Positions 25,044 through 39,036 of a DNA stretch of 64,000 nucleotides are shown piece after piece. The notes beneath the pieces are model-generated. The model was not told the DNA's origin, made no database searches, and saw only the letters and a list, made by a program, of their open reading frames with translations. Numbering within the stretch: position 1 is the stretch's first letter; every line of letters starts with the position of its first letter. This DNA is from Octopus vulgaris. Taxonomy: Eukaryota. The stretch is taken from NCBI GenBank assembly GCA_951406725.2, contig OX597824.1:41044001-41108000 (forward strand). The letters are read 5' to 3'. The translations under genes and the position numbers were made by a program.

Positions 25044-25590
25044 CCTGTCTACTAAATGCATGAGGCTTGAAATTTGGTGGGAGGGGACAGTCGATTAGAT
25101 TGACCAGTATCCAACTGATATTTATCTTATCAACCCTGAAGGGATGAAAGGCAAAGCTGATGTCAGTGGGATTTGAACTCAAAACATAAAGACGGATGAA
25201 ATGCTGTTAAGCATTTTGCCTTGTGTGCTAACGATTCTGCCAGCTTGCCACCTTAATAATTATACTAATACTACTACTACTACTAATAATAATAATTATA
25301 ATGTCGTTGCCCGTGCCGCTGGACTGGCTCCTATGCAGGTGACACATAAAATGATAGTAATAATAATAATCATAATCTTTTCTACTAAAGGCACAAGGCC
25401 TGAAATTTTGGAGCAGAGGACTAGTCAATTACATTGACCCCATTGTTTCACTGGTACTTAATTCATTGACCCTGAAAGGATGAAAAAGGCAAAGTTGACC
25501 TCGGCAGAATTTGAACTCAGAATGTATAGAGATGGATCAAATGCTGCTAAGCATTTTGCCTGGTATGCTAGTCAGCTCACCACCTTAATA
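25043..25590 (-). mobile_element. Two SINE B copies with an intervening short SINE E fragment
   Basis: Central domain at about 25130 and 25465; (TAA/TAC)n spacers. Confidence 0.8.
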
Positions 25591-25614
25591 ATAATAACAG
25601 CAACAACAACAACA

Positions 25615-27335
25615 CTGGGGAACAAAGTTTCCATTGTATTGATACCAGCTTTTGTTCTTGCCTAATTTAAGTGAGCTGAATTCAAATCTGAAGTTTTTTT
25701 CTGTAAGCTTTAGATTTTTTGCAACTCAACATTCTTATTTTACATGAAATTTGGATGCCTCTCACATGCTGACATACTCCATTTGAGAAATTTATCACCA
25801 TGCAGTCTTAAAATTAGGCTCAGAGCAACCATCTTGGTAAAGATATTCTTTATATATTTGCAAGAATGTGTAGTTACATCACTGTATACATTAAAGTTTG
25901 AAAAAAGATTAAAAAATGCCTTTTGTAGAATAAAATGTGTCACCATTTGTTAAATGGGGAACATCCAATATAATCAAATACGAGTATGTGCTAATCCTTG
26001 CTACTTTAAATTAACCTAAAATTAACATATTTTGACATAAAGATGATAGGTACATAAATATGATGGGTAATTCAACAGAATTGATATTAATGGAATCCTA
26101 AGATCAAATAGGTTCAGGTGAGGCAACACTTTGTGTTTATTGTTCTTGCATTTGTGAACTTTCTCAGGACAATCTTGTTTGATGCTCTAACAGTGGTATG
26201 CCATTGTATTTTTGACCCTTCACCCTTGGTAGCTTTTTTCCATGGTCATGAGATCCTAACAGAAGCTCTCTCCATGTTTATTACTTACTGGTTCTTGGGA
26301 GAATCGATCAAGGTAACTATTCAGGAAATGGAGCTTAACACTCATGTTGCACCCAAGATTGCAAAAGGCTAACAGCATTCTAGAAACCAGAACTTCATAG
26401 TTCATTGGTTTTTTTGTTACTAAGAAAGCTTTGTACAGCTGCTACAAAAGACAGCCATGCTGCCTTCTCCTTATTCTTTTTCTTGACAAATTCCATATTA
26501 CAAACAAGGGCATAGGTCCATTGAATACACCTGCTTTCATCTTCTCAAAAGACAAAGTAGAAACTATATGTTGAAGACATTCACCATCAGTATTCAATGC
26601 CTTCGTGAACTGTTTTATTCAGCCACACTTGGTATAGAGTGGTAGTGAAAAATGATCTTTTGTTGGTTTATAACTCGGTCATTCAAAAATTCACAATGTT
26701 TGGCATACCTTCTTCCAGAGTTTCATGGATGGGTCTCTCCTGTGTTGAGAGTTTCGTTTTGAGCTTGGCTGTCCCACATGTTGAGATAACAGAAATTTTG
26801 TGAAGCTTTTGTATTGACCAGTGAGAAAGTTGACCATTTTCAGGTTTATACAAATGATCCAGTAGTGCTCATGGTATTTGAGTAAGCCAACGACCATTTT
26901 TATGTCATGTTCTTCTCGCAAATGCATTGAGGTGATCCACTTGGATCACTCCATAAACATTGCCATTGTGAAAGAGAACTCACTTGGGGCTGTGATTAGA
27001 GTTATCCAGAGATAATCATTCTGTTGGACTATATGATGAGGTAACACCTTATTGCATGAGATGACTTGGGATGTCATGGCAGTAGTAAACAAGCTGCCTG
27101 TCTTCTGAAAACAAAAGACCACAATAGTCTGGTCTTGCTTTTGGAAATATGAAACTTACAGAACAATCAAATAGGTTTTTCTTGCAGTTTGGAAGCTAAT
27201 AATTCAGCTGTTTTCTTGGAGAGCCCCAAATCATGCACTAAGTCATTCAGTTCCATTTTGATAAACTACTGAGGGGGTTCATGACTGTTTGGTATCAGAT
27301 GAGAAGTCTTCAGATTCAGAAACCATTTCTTGCTA
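25615..27335 (-). mobile_element. DNA transposon relic, Chapaev3 (CMC)-like transposase
   Basis: Terminus CACTGGGGAACAAA. Minus-strand peptides HLREEHDIKMVVGLLKYHEHYWIICINLKMVNFL, IKQFTKALNTDGECLQHI, KMKAGVFNGP and LGCNMSVKLHFLNSYLDRF. Superfamily assignment is from memory. Confidence 0.75.
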
Positions 27336-27377
27336 ATGGTTCTGCCACTTACTGCCTTATTATCATTACTATTAATA

Positions 27378-27830
27378 ATCCTTTTTACTAAAGGCACAAG
27401 GCCCGAAATTTGGAGGAGAGGAATAGTTGATTACATTGACCCCAGTACTCAACTGGTACTTATTTTAATGACTGCGAAAGGATGAAAGGCAAAGTCAGTG
27501 TTGGTGGAATTTGAACTCAGAATGCTAAGACACACAAAATGCTGCTAAGCATTCTGTCTGGTGTGCTAAAGATTTGGCCAGCTTGCTCCCTTAATAATAA
27601 TAATAATAATAATAATAATAGTAATAATAATGGTTTCTGATTTAGAGACAAGTCCAATAATTTTCAGGGGAATGGATACCATCTACCTCAGTACTTCACT
27701 GGTGCTTATATCATTGACCCCAGAGGGATGAAAAGCAAAGTTGACTGCAGCAGAATTTGAACACAAAATGTAAAGTGTTGAAACAAATCTCACAAGATAT
27801 TTTTTCTGATGCTTTAACGACTCTCCAATC
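27378..27830 (-). mobile_element. Two SINE B copies separated by (TAA)n
   Basis: The central domain occurs twice. Confidence 0.75.
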
Positions 27831-27949
27831 CATTGTCTTTTAAGGGATGACCTTATATACTGTGCAGCTTCTGTTGCTGTCTTTTTCTTCTTCCGATCAG
27901 GACTCACACTATTAGCCACAAAGAATAATTTGTAATTCAAGCCTACTCT

Positions 27950-28353
27950 AAGCTACTAAGAATGTGTGTGGCAACTTGAAGACCCACCTACCACACACGA
28001 TAAACTGGCGGTTACATGGGTGTGAAAGTTACATTGTTATCCTCATTCCGTAAATGGTAGCTTGTTAACGGGTGGAGAGCTGAACCATCCTGGGGTACAG
28101 AGGATTCGCAATCTAGACTAGGGTTACACCATGGCTCCTCTGCTTTGTAGAAGAAGTAGGAAGAAAGAGTGAGAGAAAGTTGTGGTGAAAGAGCACAGTG
28201 GGGTTCACCCCCCCCCCCCCCCAACCGTTGGAGCCTTGTGGAGTTTTGTTTTTTTTTGCTCAATAAACACTCACAATGCCCGGTCTGGGAATTGAAACCG
28301 CGTTCTTACGACTGCGAGTTCGCTGCCCTAACCACTGGGCCATTGCGCCTCCA
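27950..28353 (-). mobile_element. tRNA-head SINE with a long, distinct body
   Basis: Head GGAGGCGCAATGGCCCAGTGGTTAGGGCAGC...GGTTTCAATTCCC; CpG-rich; the far boundary is uncertain. Confidence 0.55.
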
Positions 28354-28697
28354 CTCTGTTGCTGTGCAAACCCTTGGGGTTAAAAGTGACAGAAAAACAA
28401 ATGACAAAGCCTTATGGTGGGAATAAAGGCTTGAGAATCAAATTGAGAAAAAAATCTGCTCAACACATGGCTATGATGCTTCCCTACTACTACTGCTCAT
28501 TATCAGAGATGCACATGTTAGCCGCTAAGGAGACATGCTCAACTGGTTTAGGTCAAACAATTGTGGTATTGAGCAGAGTATTTGCTGCAGCCCATCTTTT
28601 ATACATACATATGATAACACTTCCAATCAGTTAAGATCAGAAGCCATGAGAGCCAGTGTCTGACATTATCGTTGTTGTTGTTGTTGTTGTTACTATT

Positions 28698-29397
28698 TAG
28701 GGTGCGAAGCTGGCAGAATTGTTAGTATGCCAGATGAAATGCTGCTAAGCATTTCATCTGTCTTCACATTCTGGGTTTAAATTCCTCCAAGGTTGACTTT
28801 GCCTTTCATCCTTCCGAGGTTGATAAAGTAAGACCCAGTTGAGTACTGGGATTGATGTAATCGGCTTATCCCCCCATCTACCAAACCTGCTGGGCTTGTA
28901 CCAAAATTCGAAACAATTATTTTAGGTAGCAAGCTGGCAGAATTGTTAGCATGCCAGGTGAAATGCTTAACGGAATTTCATCTGTTACTTTGTTCTGAGT
29001 TCAAATTCTGCCGAGGTCAACTTTGCCTTTCATCCTTTTGGAGTCAATAAATTAAGTGCCAGTGAAACACTGGGGTTGATGTAATTGACTAGGCCCCACC
29101 CAATAAACTTGAGATCTTGTATCTCCAGTAGAAAGGATTATTATTATTATTATTAATAATAATAATAATAATAATATTATGCAGCAATCTGGTTATCATG
29201 CTGGTTGAAATGCTTAGCGGTATTTCATCTTTCGCTACGTTCTGAGTGCAAATTCCGCCGAGGTCAACTTTACCTTTCATCCTTTCGGGGTCGATAAAAT
29301 AAGTACCAGTTGAACACCGGGGTCAATGTAATTGACTAGCCCTCTCCTCCAAAATTGCTGCCCTTGTGGTAAAATTTGAAACTATTATTATTATTAA
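28698..29397 (+). mobile_element. Three tandem SINE B copies with (TTA)n spacers
   Basis: The central domain occurs three times in sense orientation. Confidence 0.85.
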
Positions 29398-29904
29398 TAT
29401 AAAAAGTGGTCAAATAACTGAATTGGTCAGTCACAAACTTAAAACTGCAATCAGCAAAGCACCAGATTTAATGCTTTATTGTATTCAATTTTATTGTATT
29501 TAGTGATGTGTTTTTACTTTGTGTTTTTATCTTGCTAGGATCAGCCTTTTGTCTTTTATCCATGCCCCCTCCCACTCCTGAGCAGTCTTACAATGGGGTA
29601 GGGATTTTAGGAAAAAGAAAAAATTTAAGTACCAGTGTTCATACTGAAACCTGATTATAAATCATTTTAATTAATTGAAATATATTATTATCTTAAGTTA
29701 TCAAGTCATAGATTGGGGTGAGCAGCATTTGAGCCATGTATGTGTGGAGGTGTGAAATTGGTGATGGTGGTGGTATATTGTGTGTAGAAGGGTGCTGAGT
29801 ACAGGTGTAGGGTGTGTATGGTCTAACTGTGGTAATTGCTGAGAATGATAGGCAGCTTTATAAGATGTGGTGGTAGTGGTGGTGGGTGGATTTCAGAGTA
29901 CCAA

Positions 29905-30140
29905 TGGTTGGTTGTTGTCATTTGGTCCCAGGTCAACCCTGATTTCACAGACCTATGATTAAAGGCATTCCAACTGTGACCATCTTGTTTTTTTTTTGTT
30001 ATTATTGTTATTTCTGTAGGTAACCAGAATCACATTAGCCAGCAACTCCTTTTTTATTTTTCATTCTAGTAGTGTGATTCGAGAGAGAGATATGGCTGCT
30101 ATTTTTAGCAGGTCAAATGACTGCAAAGAGGCTTTGTTGT
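29905..30140. repeat. Unclassified interspersed family F
   Basis: CCCAGGTCAACCCTGAT...GACCTATGATTAAAGGCATTCC...GGCTGCTATTTTTAGCAGGTC; relatives at about 36600, 39505, 45070, 46545 and 54465. Confidence 0.65.
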
Positions 30141-32084
30141 GATGGGTATGGATGGAGGATAATGAAGGTAATAGTGTGATGTGATGTGATGCATGGGATG
30201 TTTAAGAATGTGATTATGTTGGGTATGGTTGCTGGGTGTTTGTGGTTGGGTGAAGAAATTTAGTTATGATGGTGACAGTTTGTGTGTGTGTGTGTGTGTG
30301 TGTGTGCATGCATGCATGTATGTATGTTTGTTTGGATGCATGCATGCATGCTTTAGAGCTTCATTGTGGAAGTAGGGAAGATTATGGGGGTACTATATTT
30401 TGTGTGTGCGTGTGTGTATTTGTGTGTAGGTTGTGGTGGTGATTGGAAACTATAGATATGGCAGTGATGATGATGGGGAGGGGAGCAGAGAGAGAGAGAG
30501 AGTGAGAGAGGGAAATCTGGTCATGTTTGATAGGTGGGTTAGAGTGGGTGTATTGTAGGATTGGACTGTAATTTGAACAAGGCTAGGGGGTGGGGCAAAA
30601 ATTAATTTACATATCTGTAGTGGTGATGGCGGTGATGGTAGTGTAGGTGGTGATAGAAGAGTTTGTAATTGTTATGGTAGTTCTGCTGTGGCTAAATAAA
30701 GGAAGAATTTGGTAGCTGCCGAGTAGAGTGCATGTTTGTATGCATTTTTGTGTGTGTTTGTTTATATGTGTGTATGTATGTGTGTGTGTGTGTGTGTGTG
30801 TCTTCATAAGGAGGTGATAGAAAATAAAGAACTCCGCTGATGGTGAGAGAGAGTGGTTGGTTGGTGGTGCAAGGACATAAAAATAGTGGGTAAATGTTAA
30901 TTAGTTTGTATGATGATGATGTGTGTGTGTGTGTGTGTGTGGATGGGATGGGTTATAAATTTCTGACTGATTTAAGAAGGGTTGGCTAACCATAGTCTTT
31001 GAGAAACTTTCAAGAATTTCTAATTTTTTTTTAAGAAAAACAAAACAAAAAAATGCCCCAAAAAACAGAGAGATCGCTCTTATTAATAACAACACAAATA
31101 TTGATAACTAATAAAATAGAAAAACAAAATCAGGCAAAATTAAAAGAAATGTGAATTCTACAACTTAAAAACAAGTGAAGCAATAAATAAATAACACAAT
31201 ATATAGATTAGTAAACAACACCAGCATCAACAACAACAATTGAAAAAAAAAAGCAGTAAAGGATACAACAATATCTAGCAAGAACAATAAAGAATAAAAC
31301 AATAAATATACAATAAACAAATGAGAAAAAAAATAACAATCTATGATCAACACAATTAAACAGTAAAACAACAGAATTTCAAAAAAAAAAAAAATTAAAG
31401 AAAATCAGAATGCAAAACAGCAACAAAACCCAATAAACTAACTAAAAATAATTCACTAAATCAAATAAAACTATAAGAAATTAACTCACAACATCAATAA
31501 CAAGAGACAATAAAATGAAATAGATGGAGGTGTGAAATGTGATTTTTTGCTCTCTTGATAATTGTTAGGTTATCTTTGTTGTTGTTTGTTGTATTGAACT
31601 TTTTTTTTTTGAGAAAAATCAATTATATTAGTTGTTGTAATTATCACCATTGTTGTTTGCATTTTAGTTTATTTGTAAATTTGGACTTTTCCCCCCCTGC
31701 CTTTTCTTTTTTTTTTTTCTATTTTTTGCTATCTCGTGTTGTTACTCATAAAATGCAAAGCAAGAAAGTAAAATGGATCTCTGTCACATTTGGTGATGAG
31801 TCATCAGTAGCTTAATCAAACTGAGTTACCTGCTCATCGCATTAATGTGTAAGTGGCTGAGTATTCCACAGACATGTGTACTTTCATCCCTTGCTTCCCC
31901 CGTGAAATTCTCAGGCAGAAATCAGCATGATTTGTGCAGGGATGTGGCTGGATCTTTGAATTGCGGGGGGTGGGGGGGTGCGTGTGTGTACAACAATTTT
32001 GTCATTTCAAGTACGAGGGTTAATGGTGACAACTATCTCTTTCCCTTAAAGAAAATTGCTGTCTTCATTCCTAATAGAATCCTT

Positions 32085-32915
32085 AGCCTACCAGGAAAAA
32101 TGCTTAGTGACATTTCATCTGTCGTTACATTCTGAGTTCAAATTCCAGTGAGATCAACTTTGCCTTTCATCCTTTCTGGGTCAATAAAATAATACCTATT
32201 TCTTTATTACCCACAAGAGACTAAACACAGAGGGGACAAACAAGGACAGACATAGGTATTAAGTCGATTAGATCGACCCCAGTGCGTAACTGGTACTTAA
32301 TTTATCGACCCCGAAAGGATGAAAGGCAAAGTCGACCTCGGCGGAATTTGAACTCACAACGTAACGCAGATGAAATACCGCTAAGCATTTCGCCCGGCGT
32401 GCTAACGTTTCTGCCAGCTCACCTCCTTAAATAAAATAATACCAGTTAGGCACTGGAGTTGATGTAATCAACTTACCTTCTCTCCTGAAATTGCTGGCTT
32501 TGGACCAAAATTATTATTATTATTATTATTATTATAATAAAGGTGGCAAGCTGGCAGAATTGTTAGCATGCCAGGCAAAATGCTCAGCAGCATTTAATCT
32601 ACCAATCCTTTCTTCCAAAATTTCAGCCCTTGTGCCTTTAGTGGAAAGGATTATTATTATTACTATTATTATTATAAAGGCTGCAAGCTGGCAGAATCGA
32701 TAGCATGCCAGGCGAAATGCTTAGCAGTATTTTGCTTGTCGCTATGTTCTGAGTTCAAATTCCACCGAGGTCAACTTTGCCTTTAATCCTTTCGAGGTCG
32801 ATAAATTAAGTACTGGTTGCGTACTGGAGTTGATCTTATCGACTTGCCCCCTCCCCCCCAATTTTTGGGCATTGTGCCTAAAGGAGAAAAGTTTCTTCTT
32901 CTTCTTCTTCTTCTT
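32085..32915. mobile_element. Nested SINE B cluster
   Basis: A CpG-intact minus copy (about 32195-32430) splits a plus copy, with AATAAAATAATACC on both sides; two further plus copies follow. Confidence 0.8.
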
Positions 32916-33103
32916 AAGGCAGAATCATTAGCACACTATCTGATGAGCTTCCACACAGTTTCCATCTCATCTCCCTAATTTAATTTGCAAGGCTTGGGTT
33001 GACCCTGAATCCCAAATTAAAGGTACTTGCTCAATATGTCATGTACTGCTTCCAGTCTACTCTCTGAAATGAATACTTATCTCAATTCCTTTCCTGTGAA
33101 TAG

Positions 33104-33327
33104 TTAAAACATTTTAGCATTTAAACTGGCCATATCAGGCCCAGATATTCCACTTGCTTTATGTTTAGACTGACCAGATCTAGCCTCTCATACTTACCCT
33201 ACAATGTAATTCTAAAAATATACAATCATATCATCGAAATCTCATAGCTGTGAGAAAATGCATCATTAATTCAAAACAATGTGAATTAGTAACATTTGAC
33301 GGAATCATCCGAATGCTAAAGAATTAA
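33104..33327 (-). mobile_element. piggyBac-like MITE
   Basis: Reverse complement of the 6389 copy, with TTAA flanks. Confidence 0.75.
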
Positions 33328-33464
33328 TTCCTTTTCCACCTTCACTCTGATATAGCACCACCCTCCTCCTTTTCTGTTGCTATAGTAATTCATTGTCATC
33401 ATCAGCATCATTCTCCTTATTTTAACACAAACACTACCTGTATTGACACTAGCAGTTCATCCCA

Positions 33465-33580
33465 GCATCATGATGATGAGGATGATGATCATCATCATGA
33501 AGATCATCGTCATCATCATCATCATCATCATCATCGTCATCATCGTCATCATCGTCATCATCATCATCATCCTCATCATT
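33465..33580. repeat. (GAT)n/(CAT)n microsatellite
   Basis: Direct reading. Confidence 0.9.
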
Positions 33581-33937
33581 CTTTGTTATTGTATCTTCTA
33601 TAACGAGCATTATCGTTCTTTTCAGTTTCTCCACAAAACCATCGTAGCCATAGCAAGCATTGGATTCATCATTGATATCGTTATGATCATCATCGTCCTC
33701 ATCATCATGGTATGGACCTCACTCAGCTGCTGTCATTAGAACCATTGTCATCATGGCTGCCATCATCACCACCACTGTTGTTTTTTAATAATCATCATCA
33801 TCATCATCATGGTTATCAATCTTCACCTTTATATCATCACCACTACTATCATTAACGAGGACTGCCACAAATCACCATGGTTTTTATAACTGTCATCATC
33901 ATCGTCATCATTTTCTTTTCTTTGTACTCTCTCCTCA

Positions 33938-34200
33938 TTCTTCTTCTTCTTTGTCGTCGTCGTCGTTTTCTTCTTCTTCTTCTTCTTCTTCTTCTTCTTC
34001 TTCTTCTTCTTCTTCTTCTTCTTCTTCTTCTTCTTCTTCTTCTTCTTCTTCTTCTCCTTCTTTCTTCTTCTTCTTCTTCTCCTTCTTTCTTCTTCTTCTT
34101 CTTCTTCTTCTTCTTCTTCTTCTTCTTCTTCTTCTTTCTTCTTCTTTCTTCTTTCTTCTTCTTCTTTTCTTCTCCTCCTTCTTCTTCTTCTCCTCCTCCT
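33938..34200. repeat. Long (CTT)n/(GAA)n polypyrimidine tract
   Basis: About 260 bp, nearly all pyrimidine on the plus strand. Confidence 0.95.
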
Positions 34201-34629
34201 ACCCCCCTCCCATATCCTTATATTTACTGTTACGCATTATTCCACCGGAAAAAATTTCTGCACATTTGATTTGAATAAACACCAATAATGAAATAAGTGT
34301 GCAGTTTTCATCAATTCACTCATACTGTCTCCCACCCCATCCACTCTGTCTACTTCTAACAGCACCCTTCTCTCGTTATTCGTAACGTCTGTAAACTATG
34401 TTTTTCTTGAAATGTTAACCAAACTACTACAGCCTACTTATGCTAATGGACCTTACTTCTTGCATTGAGACCAGGCTGCACACATTTGTAAGAGTGGACA
34501 GGAAGTGGGGATGAGGGAGGGCCCAATCAGAAGTCAGTCCTAATACATTATTGATTGCTTATTGTTTTCCTTTTTCTAAGGTGTAAAGGGCCATAACTGT
34601 TCAACACTTTTGTTTTTACCATTCATCAC

Positions 34630-35960
34630 AATAATAATAATAATCCTTTCTACTACAGGCACAAGGACTGAAATTTGGGGGACAGGGATAATCAATTACA
34701 CAGACCCCCTATTGCTCAACTGGTACTTAATTTATTGACCGCGAAAGGATGAAAGGCAAAATTGACCTTGGTGGATTTTGAACACAGAATGTAGTGACGG
34801 GCGAAATACCACTAAGCATTTCATCCAGCGTGCTAATGATTTTGTCAGTTTGCCACCTATAATAATAATAATAATAATAATAATAATTTTTTTATTGCCC
34901 ACAAGGGGCTGAACATTGAGGGGAGAAACAAAGACAGACAAAGAGATTAAGTCGATTACATCGACCCAGTTCATAACTGGTACTTAATTTATCGACCCTG
35001 AAAGGATGAAAGGCAAAGTCGACCTCGGCGGAATTTGTAATAAACTTTTTTACTATAGGCACAAGGGCTGAAATTTTGGGGGAGAGGACTAGTTGATTAC
35101 ATCGATCCCAGTGTTTCACTGGTACTTAATTTACCCACCCCAAGTTGATCTTGGCAGAATAATAACAATAATAATGGTGATGATGATGGACTCCCCCATC
35201 GAAGATGACATTCGAGTGTCCAGCTTTTATTGAACAGCTTGCATAAATGATTTGTTTATAGAGCTTAAGTGTATGTGCCGCACATTAGCTCACTCTCTCC
35301 ATTAAATCAATATTACCTGAACAGGTGCTCAATGTACCATGCATCAGGTGTCAAATTGATTGCAGAGCAACATGTGATGAAGTGTTTTGCTCAAGAACAG
35401 AACATACCACCGGGTCTAGGGATTGAGACCATGATCTCCTGATCATGAGTGCAACACCCTAACCACTGGGCTGTAATTATAAGAAGAATCCTTTCTACTC
35501 TAGGTACAAGGCTTAAAATTTTGCGGGAGGATACGTTGATTACATCTGTGTTTGACTGGTGCTTATTTCATCGATCCCAGTGCATAACTGGTACTTATTT
35601 TATTGATCTTGAGGGGACAAACAGCAAGGCTGACCTTGGTGGAATTTGAACTCATAATGCAAGGATAGATGAAATGCCGCTAAGCATTGTATCTGGCATG
35701 TTAATGAGTTTTCCAGCTGAAATTACTGGACTTGTGTCAAAATTTGAAGTCCTTAAATGACTTCAAATTTTGGTTCAATTCCAGTAATTTCAGGGGAGAG
35801 GTAAGTCAATTACATCAACCCCAGTGCTCAACTGGCACTTATTTTATTAACCCTGAAAGGATGAATGGCAAAGTTGACCTTAGTAGAACTTGGACTTAGA
35901 ACATAAAGATGGATGAAATTCTGCTAAACATTTTGCCTGGTATGTTAACAATTCTACCAA
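34630..35960 (-). mobile_element. Cluster of about five SINE B copies plus one tRNA/CORE SINE (35190-35470)
   Basis: Repeated central domain, (TAA)n spacers, three different tail variants. Confidence 0.8.
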
Positions 35961-37218
35961 TTTTTGAAATTTTCGGAAATTTTCTATCAGTTTTTTTTTT
36001 AAAAATCTATCTTTAATTATTGATTGCTATTAAATTCAAGTTTAGTTTTGTCTGGTTTTATCATCAGTTGTCTGATAGACTCCTCTTTCATTCTTCCGTC
36101 TGTTGATTGTGCAAATCATTGCTTGGCTTGCTAGAAATAGTAGGCAAATTTTCTTCAAATAGCATGTTCTCGTATTGAAAACTTTGGAGTTCCGTGTTAA
36201 CCAGTTGATCAAGAAGCCAATCACACAGATGGCTGATACCCCACTGTCTCAACATTTTTAGTTTCCCCCAAATTTTTAGACTCTGAAAATGTTATGGTGC
36301 TGATAACATTTGTAACCTTACCTAAACTGGTTCATGTCAAGGTTATTATACTGTTCAATGCCAAATGAAAATCCAGAGGGTTTCATTTGTAGAGAGGAAG
36401 GGTTGTGAAAAAAGGTGTTTAGTGTAACTTCAGTTAGCATGTGACATAGTGCGGTGCTGAAAGAAGAAGCAAATACTTGCCCTAAACATACTAAATAAAT
36501 TGGAAAACATTTAATGGTATCCCTAAGACTCAGTAATTTATGAAATATTCTATTAGTTAATTTAAAAAAAAAATCTATCTTTAATTATTCCCTTTTAAAG
36601 ATAATGTAATTTGAAGGTGATTTGGCTGCTATATCTAACAGGTCTAGTGACCATAGATAGTAGTAGTGATGGTGGTAGTATAAATTAGAGAAACATCACG
36701 GTGCCAATGATCTAGGATCAATGTGTCAGTGAGTGAAGGATTGACTATCAGATTGGATGGTGTTTTTTTCCATGCAAACTTTGCGTGTGTGTGTGATGAA
36801 TCTGTCTGTCTGTTGGAGTGCGTGTGTGTGTGGTATCATCAGTGTTGTCACATGCAAAAAAACTGTTAGTGATAATTTCACCCATAGTGAAAACTGAAAA
36901 CCTTTACCAAGGAATCCTCAGCACTAATGAAGGTTTATGGCACTGCATTCAAATACCTCTGAGCGCTCACACTCTTATCTATTCTCGCTCTATTTCTCCT
37001 CTTCTTTCTTCTTGCCTGTCAAATTCCCCTTCCTTTCCTCTCTCTTCCTCTTCTTCTTTCTCTGCACATTTAACTACAAAACTGGTTGTTATGGTATCTT
37101 TACCTCCTCCGCTTTGTTTATTCCCCTGCCGTATCTCATAACTTGTTCCCCTTACACGATCATTTAGATCCATATACACAGGTCTTTAATGGTAAACTGT
37201 AATTTTCCTTCTAAGTTT

Positions 37219-37240
37219 TGTGTGTGTGTGTGTGTGTGCA

Positions 37241-37296
<56 letters not shown>

Positions 37297-37560
37297 TATA
37301 TATATACATATACACACACACACACACACATACACACATATATATATACACACATATACATATATATATATACACATATATACATATATATATCTACACA
37401 TATATATACATATATATATACACATATATACATATATATATATACATATATATATCTACACATATAAATACATATATATATACATATATATATACATATA
37501 CATATATATATATATATACACACATATACATATATTATATATATATGTATATGTATGTAT
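37219..37560. repeat. (TG)n/(TA)n/(CA)n compound microsatellite
   Basis: Direct reading; source of several spurious ORFs. Confidence 0.95.
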
Positions 37561-37825
37561 ATCTGGGCGTGTTTGTGTATGTACTGGTATGTTTTTTTAC
37601 GATTGTGTATGTGGGTGGGGGGTGTATCAATGTACATATGAATGTTTATGTGTGTGTATACATATGCATATTTGTGTGTACATTTATGTGCATACCTTTT
37701 ACTTCTTTCAGTCATTAGAGTGCAGCCATGCTGGGGCACAGTCTTAAAAAATTTTTAGTTAAATGAAATTGACCCCGGTATTTATTCTGTTGTATGTATG
37801 TATGTTGTGTGTATTTATGTATGTA

Positions 37826-37877
<52 letters not shown>

Positions 37878-38356
37878 CATATACACATGTTTTTATGTAC
37901 ACATATAATTATGTTAAAAGTACATAGACACATACCTACACATATATACTCATACACACAAAAAGTTTGTGAATATATATGTATATATGCATATATTCAT
38001 GCATATACATTCACACACTTCTAGGTATCAAATTGGAGATTGGAATTAGAAAACGGTTGAAGGAGTCAGGTAGGGAGGGTTTTATATGTTTCCTAGTGGA
38101 ATGTTTATTGATTTGTCTTGGTAAATTTATTACTGATAGACATTAATATATTAAAACATTAAAAGTGGATAAGACAACATCAAAAAGCATGGTAATGATG
38201 ATAATAAAGGATAATATTGGTTTCAAATTTTGGCACAAAGTCAACATTTCAGGGAGAGGGAGGTCAGTTAGTGGAATTTGAACCCAGTGCTCTGTGTAAT
38301 TTGAACTCAGAATGTAAAGAAGGACGAAATGCCTCTAAGCATTTTGCCTGGCATAC

Positions 38357-38764
38357 ACTTTTACTTTTTTACTTGTTTCAGTCATGTGACTGTGGCCATG
38401 CTGGAGCACCGCCTTTAGTTGAGGAAATCGACCCCAGGACTTATTCTTTGTAAGCCTAGTACTTATTCTATCGGTTTCTTTTGCCGAACTGCTAAGTTAC
38501 GGGGACGTAAACACATCACCATTGGTTGTCAAGCAATGTTGGGGAGACAAACACAGACACACAAACATATACACACACATACATATATATACATATATAC
38601 GACGGGCTTCTTTCAGTTTCCGTCTACCAAATCCATTCACAAGGCTTTGGTCGGCCCGAGGCTATAGTAAAAGACACTTGCCCAAGGTGCCACACAGTGG
38701 GACTGAACCCAGAACCATGTGGTTGGGAAGCAAACTACTTACCACACAGCCACTCCTACGCCTA
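38357..38764 (-). mobile_element. SINE family A, full length, low divergence
   Basis: CpGs largely intact. Confidence 0.9.
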
Positions 38765-38796
38765 TTGATTCTTCCAGCTTGTTGTCTTAATAATAA

Positions 38797-38990
38797 TGGT
38801 TTCAGTTTTTGGCATAAGGTTAGTGAGTTTAGGGGAGGAGGTAAGTAGATTACATTGACCCCTGTGTTCAACTGGTACTCATTCTATCAACCCTGAAAGG
38901 ATGAAAGGCAAAGTTGGCCTTGGCAGAATTTAAACTCAGAGCATCAAGACAGATGAAATGCTGCTAAGCATTTTGCCAGCTTGCCACCTT
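38797..38990 (-). mobile_element. SINE family B
   Basis: Central domain and (TAA)n flanks. Confidence 0.8.
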
Positions 38991-39036
38991 AATAATAATA
39001 ATAATAATATTAATAATAATCTCAACAATAATAATA

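Noticed and set aside
27970-28040. TTGAAGA...GAAAGTTA hammerhead-like order
   Set aside because: Core mismatch, no helix I, and it lies within a SINE body.
31020-31730. A-rich block followed by a T-rich block suggesting a large inverted repeat
   Set aside because: Compositional only; no alignable arms found.
37164-37747. Long overlapping ORFs (166-191 aa)
   Set aside because: Translations of stop-free dinucleotide repeats.
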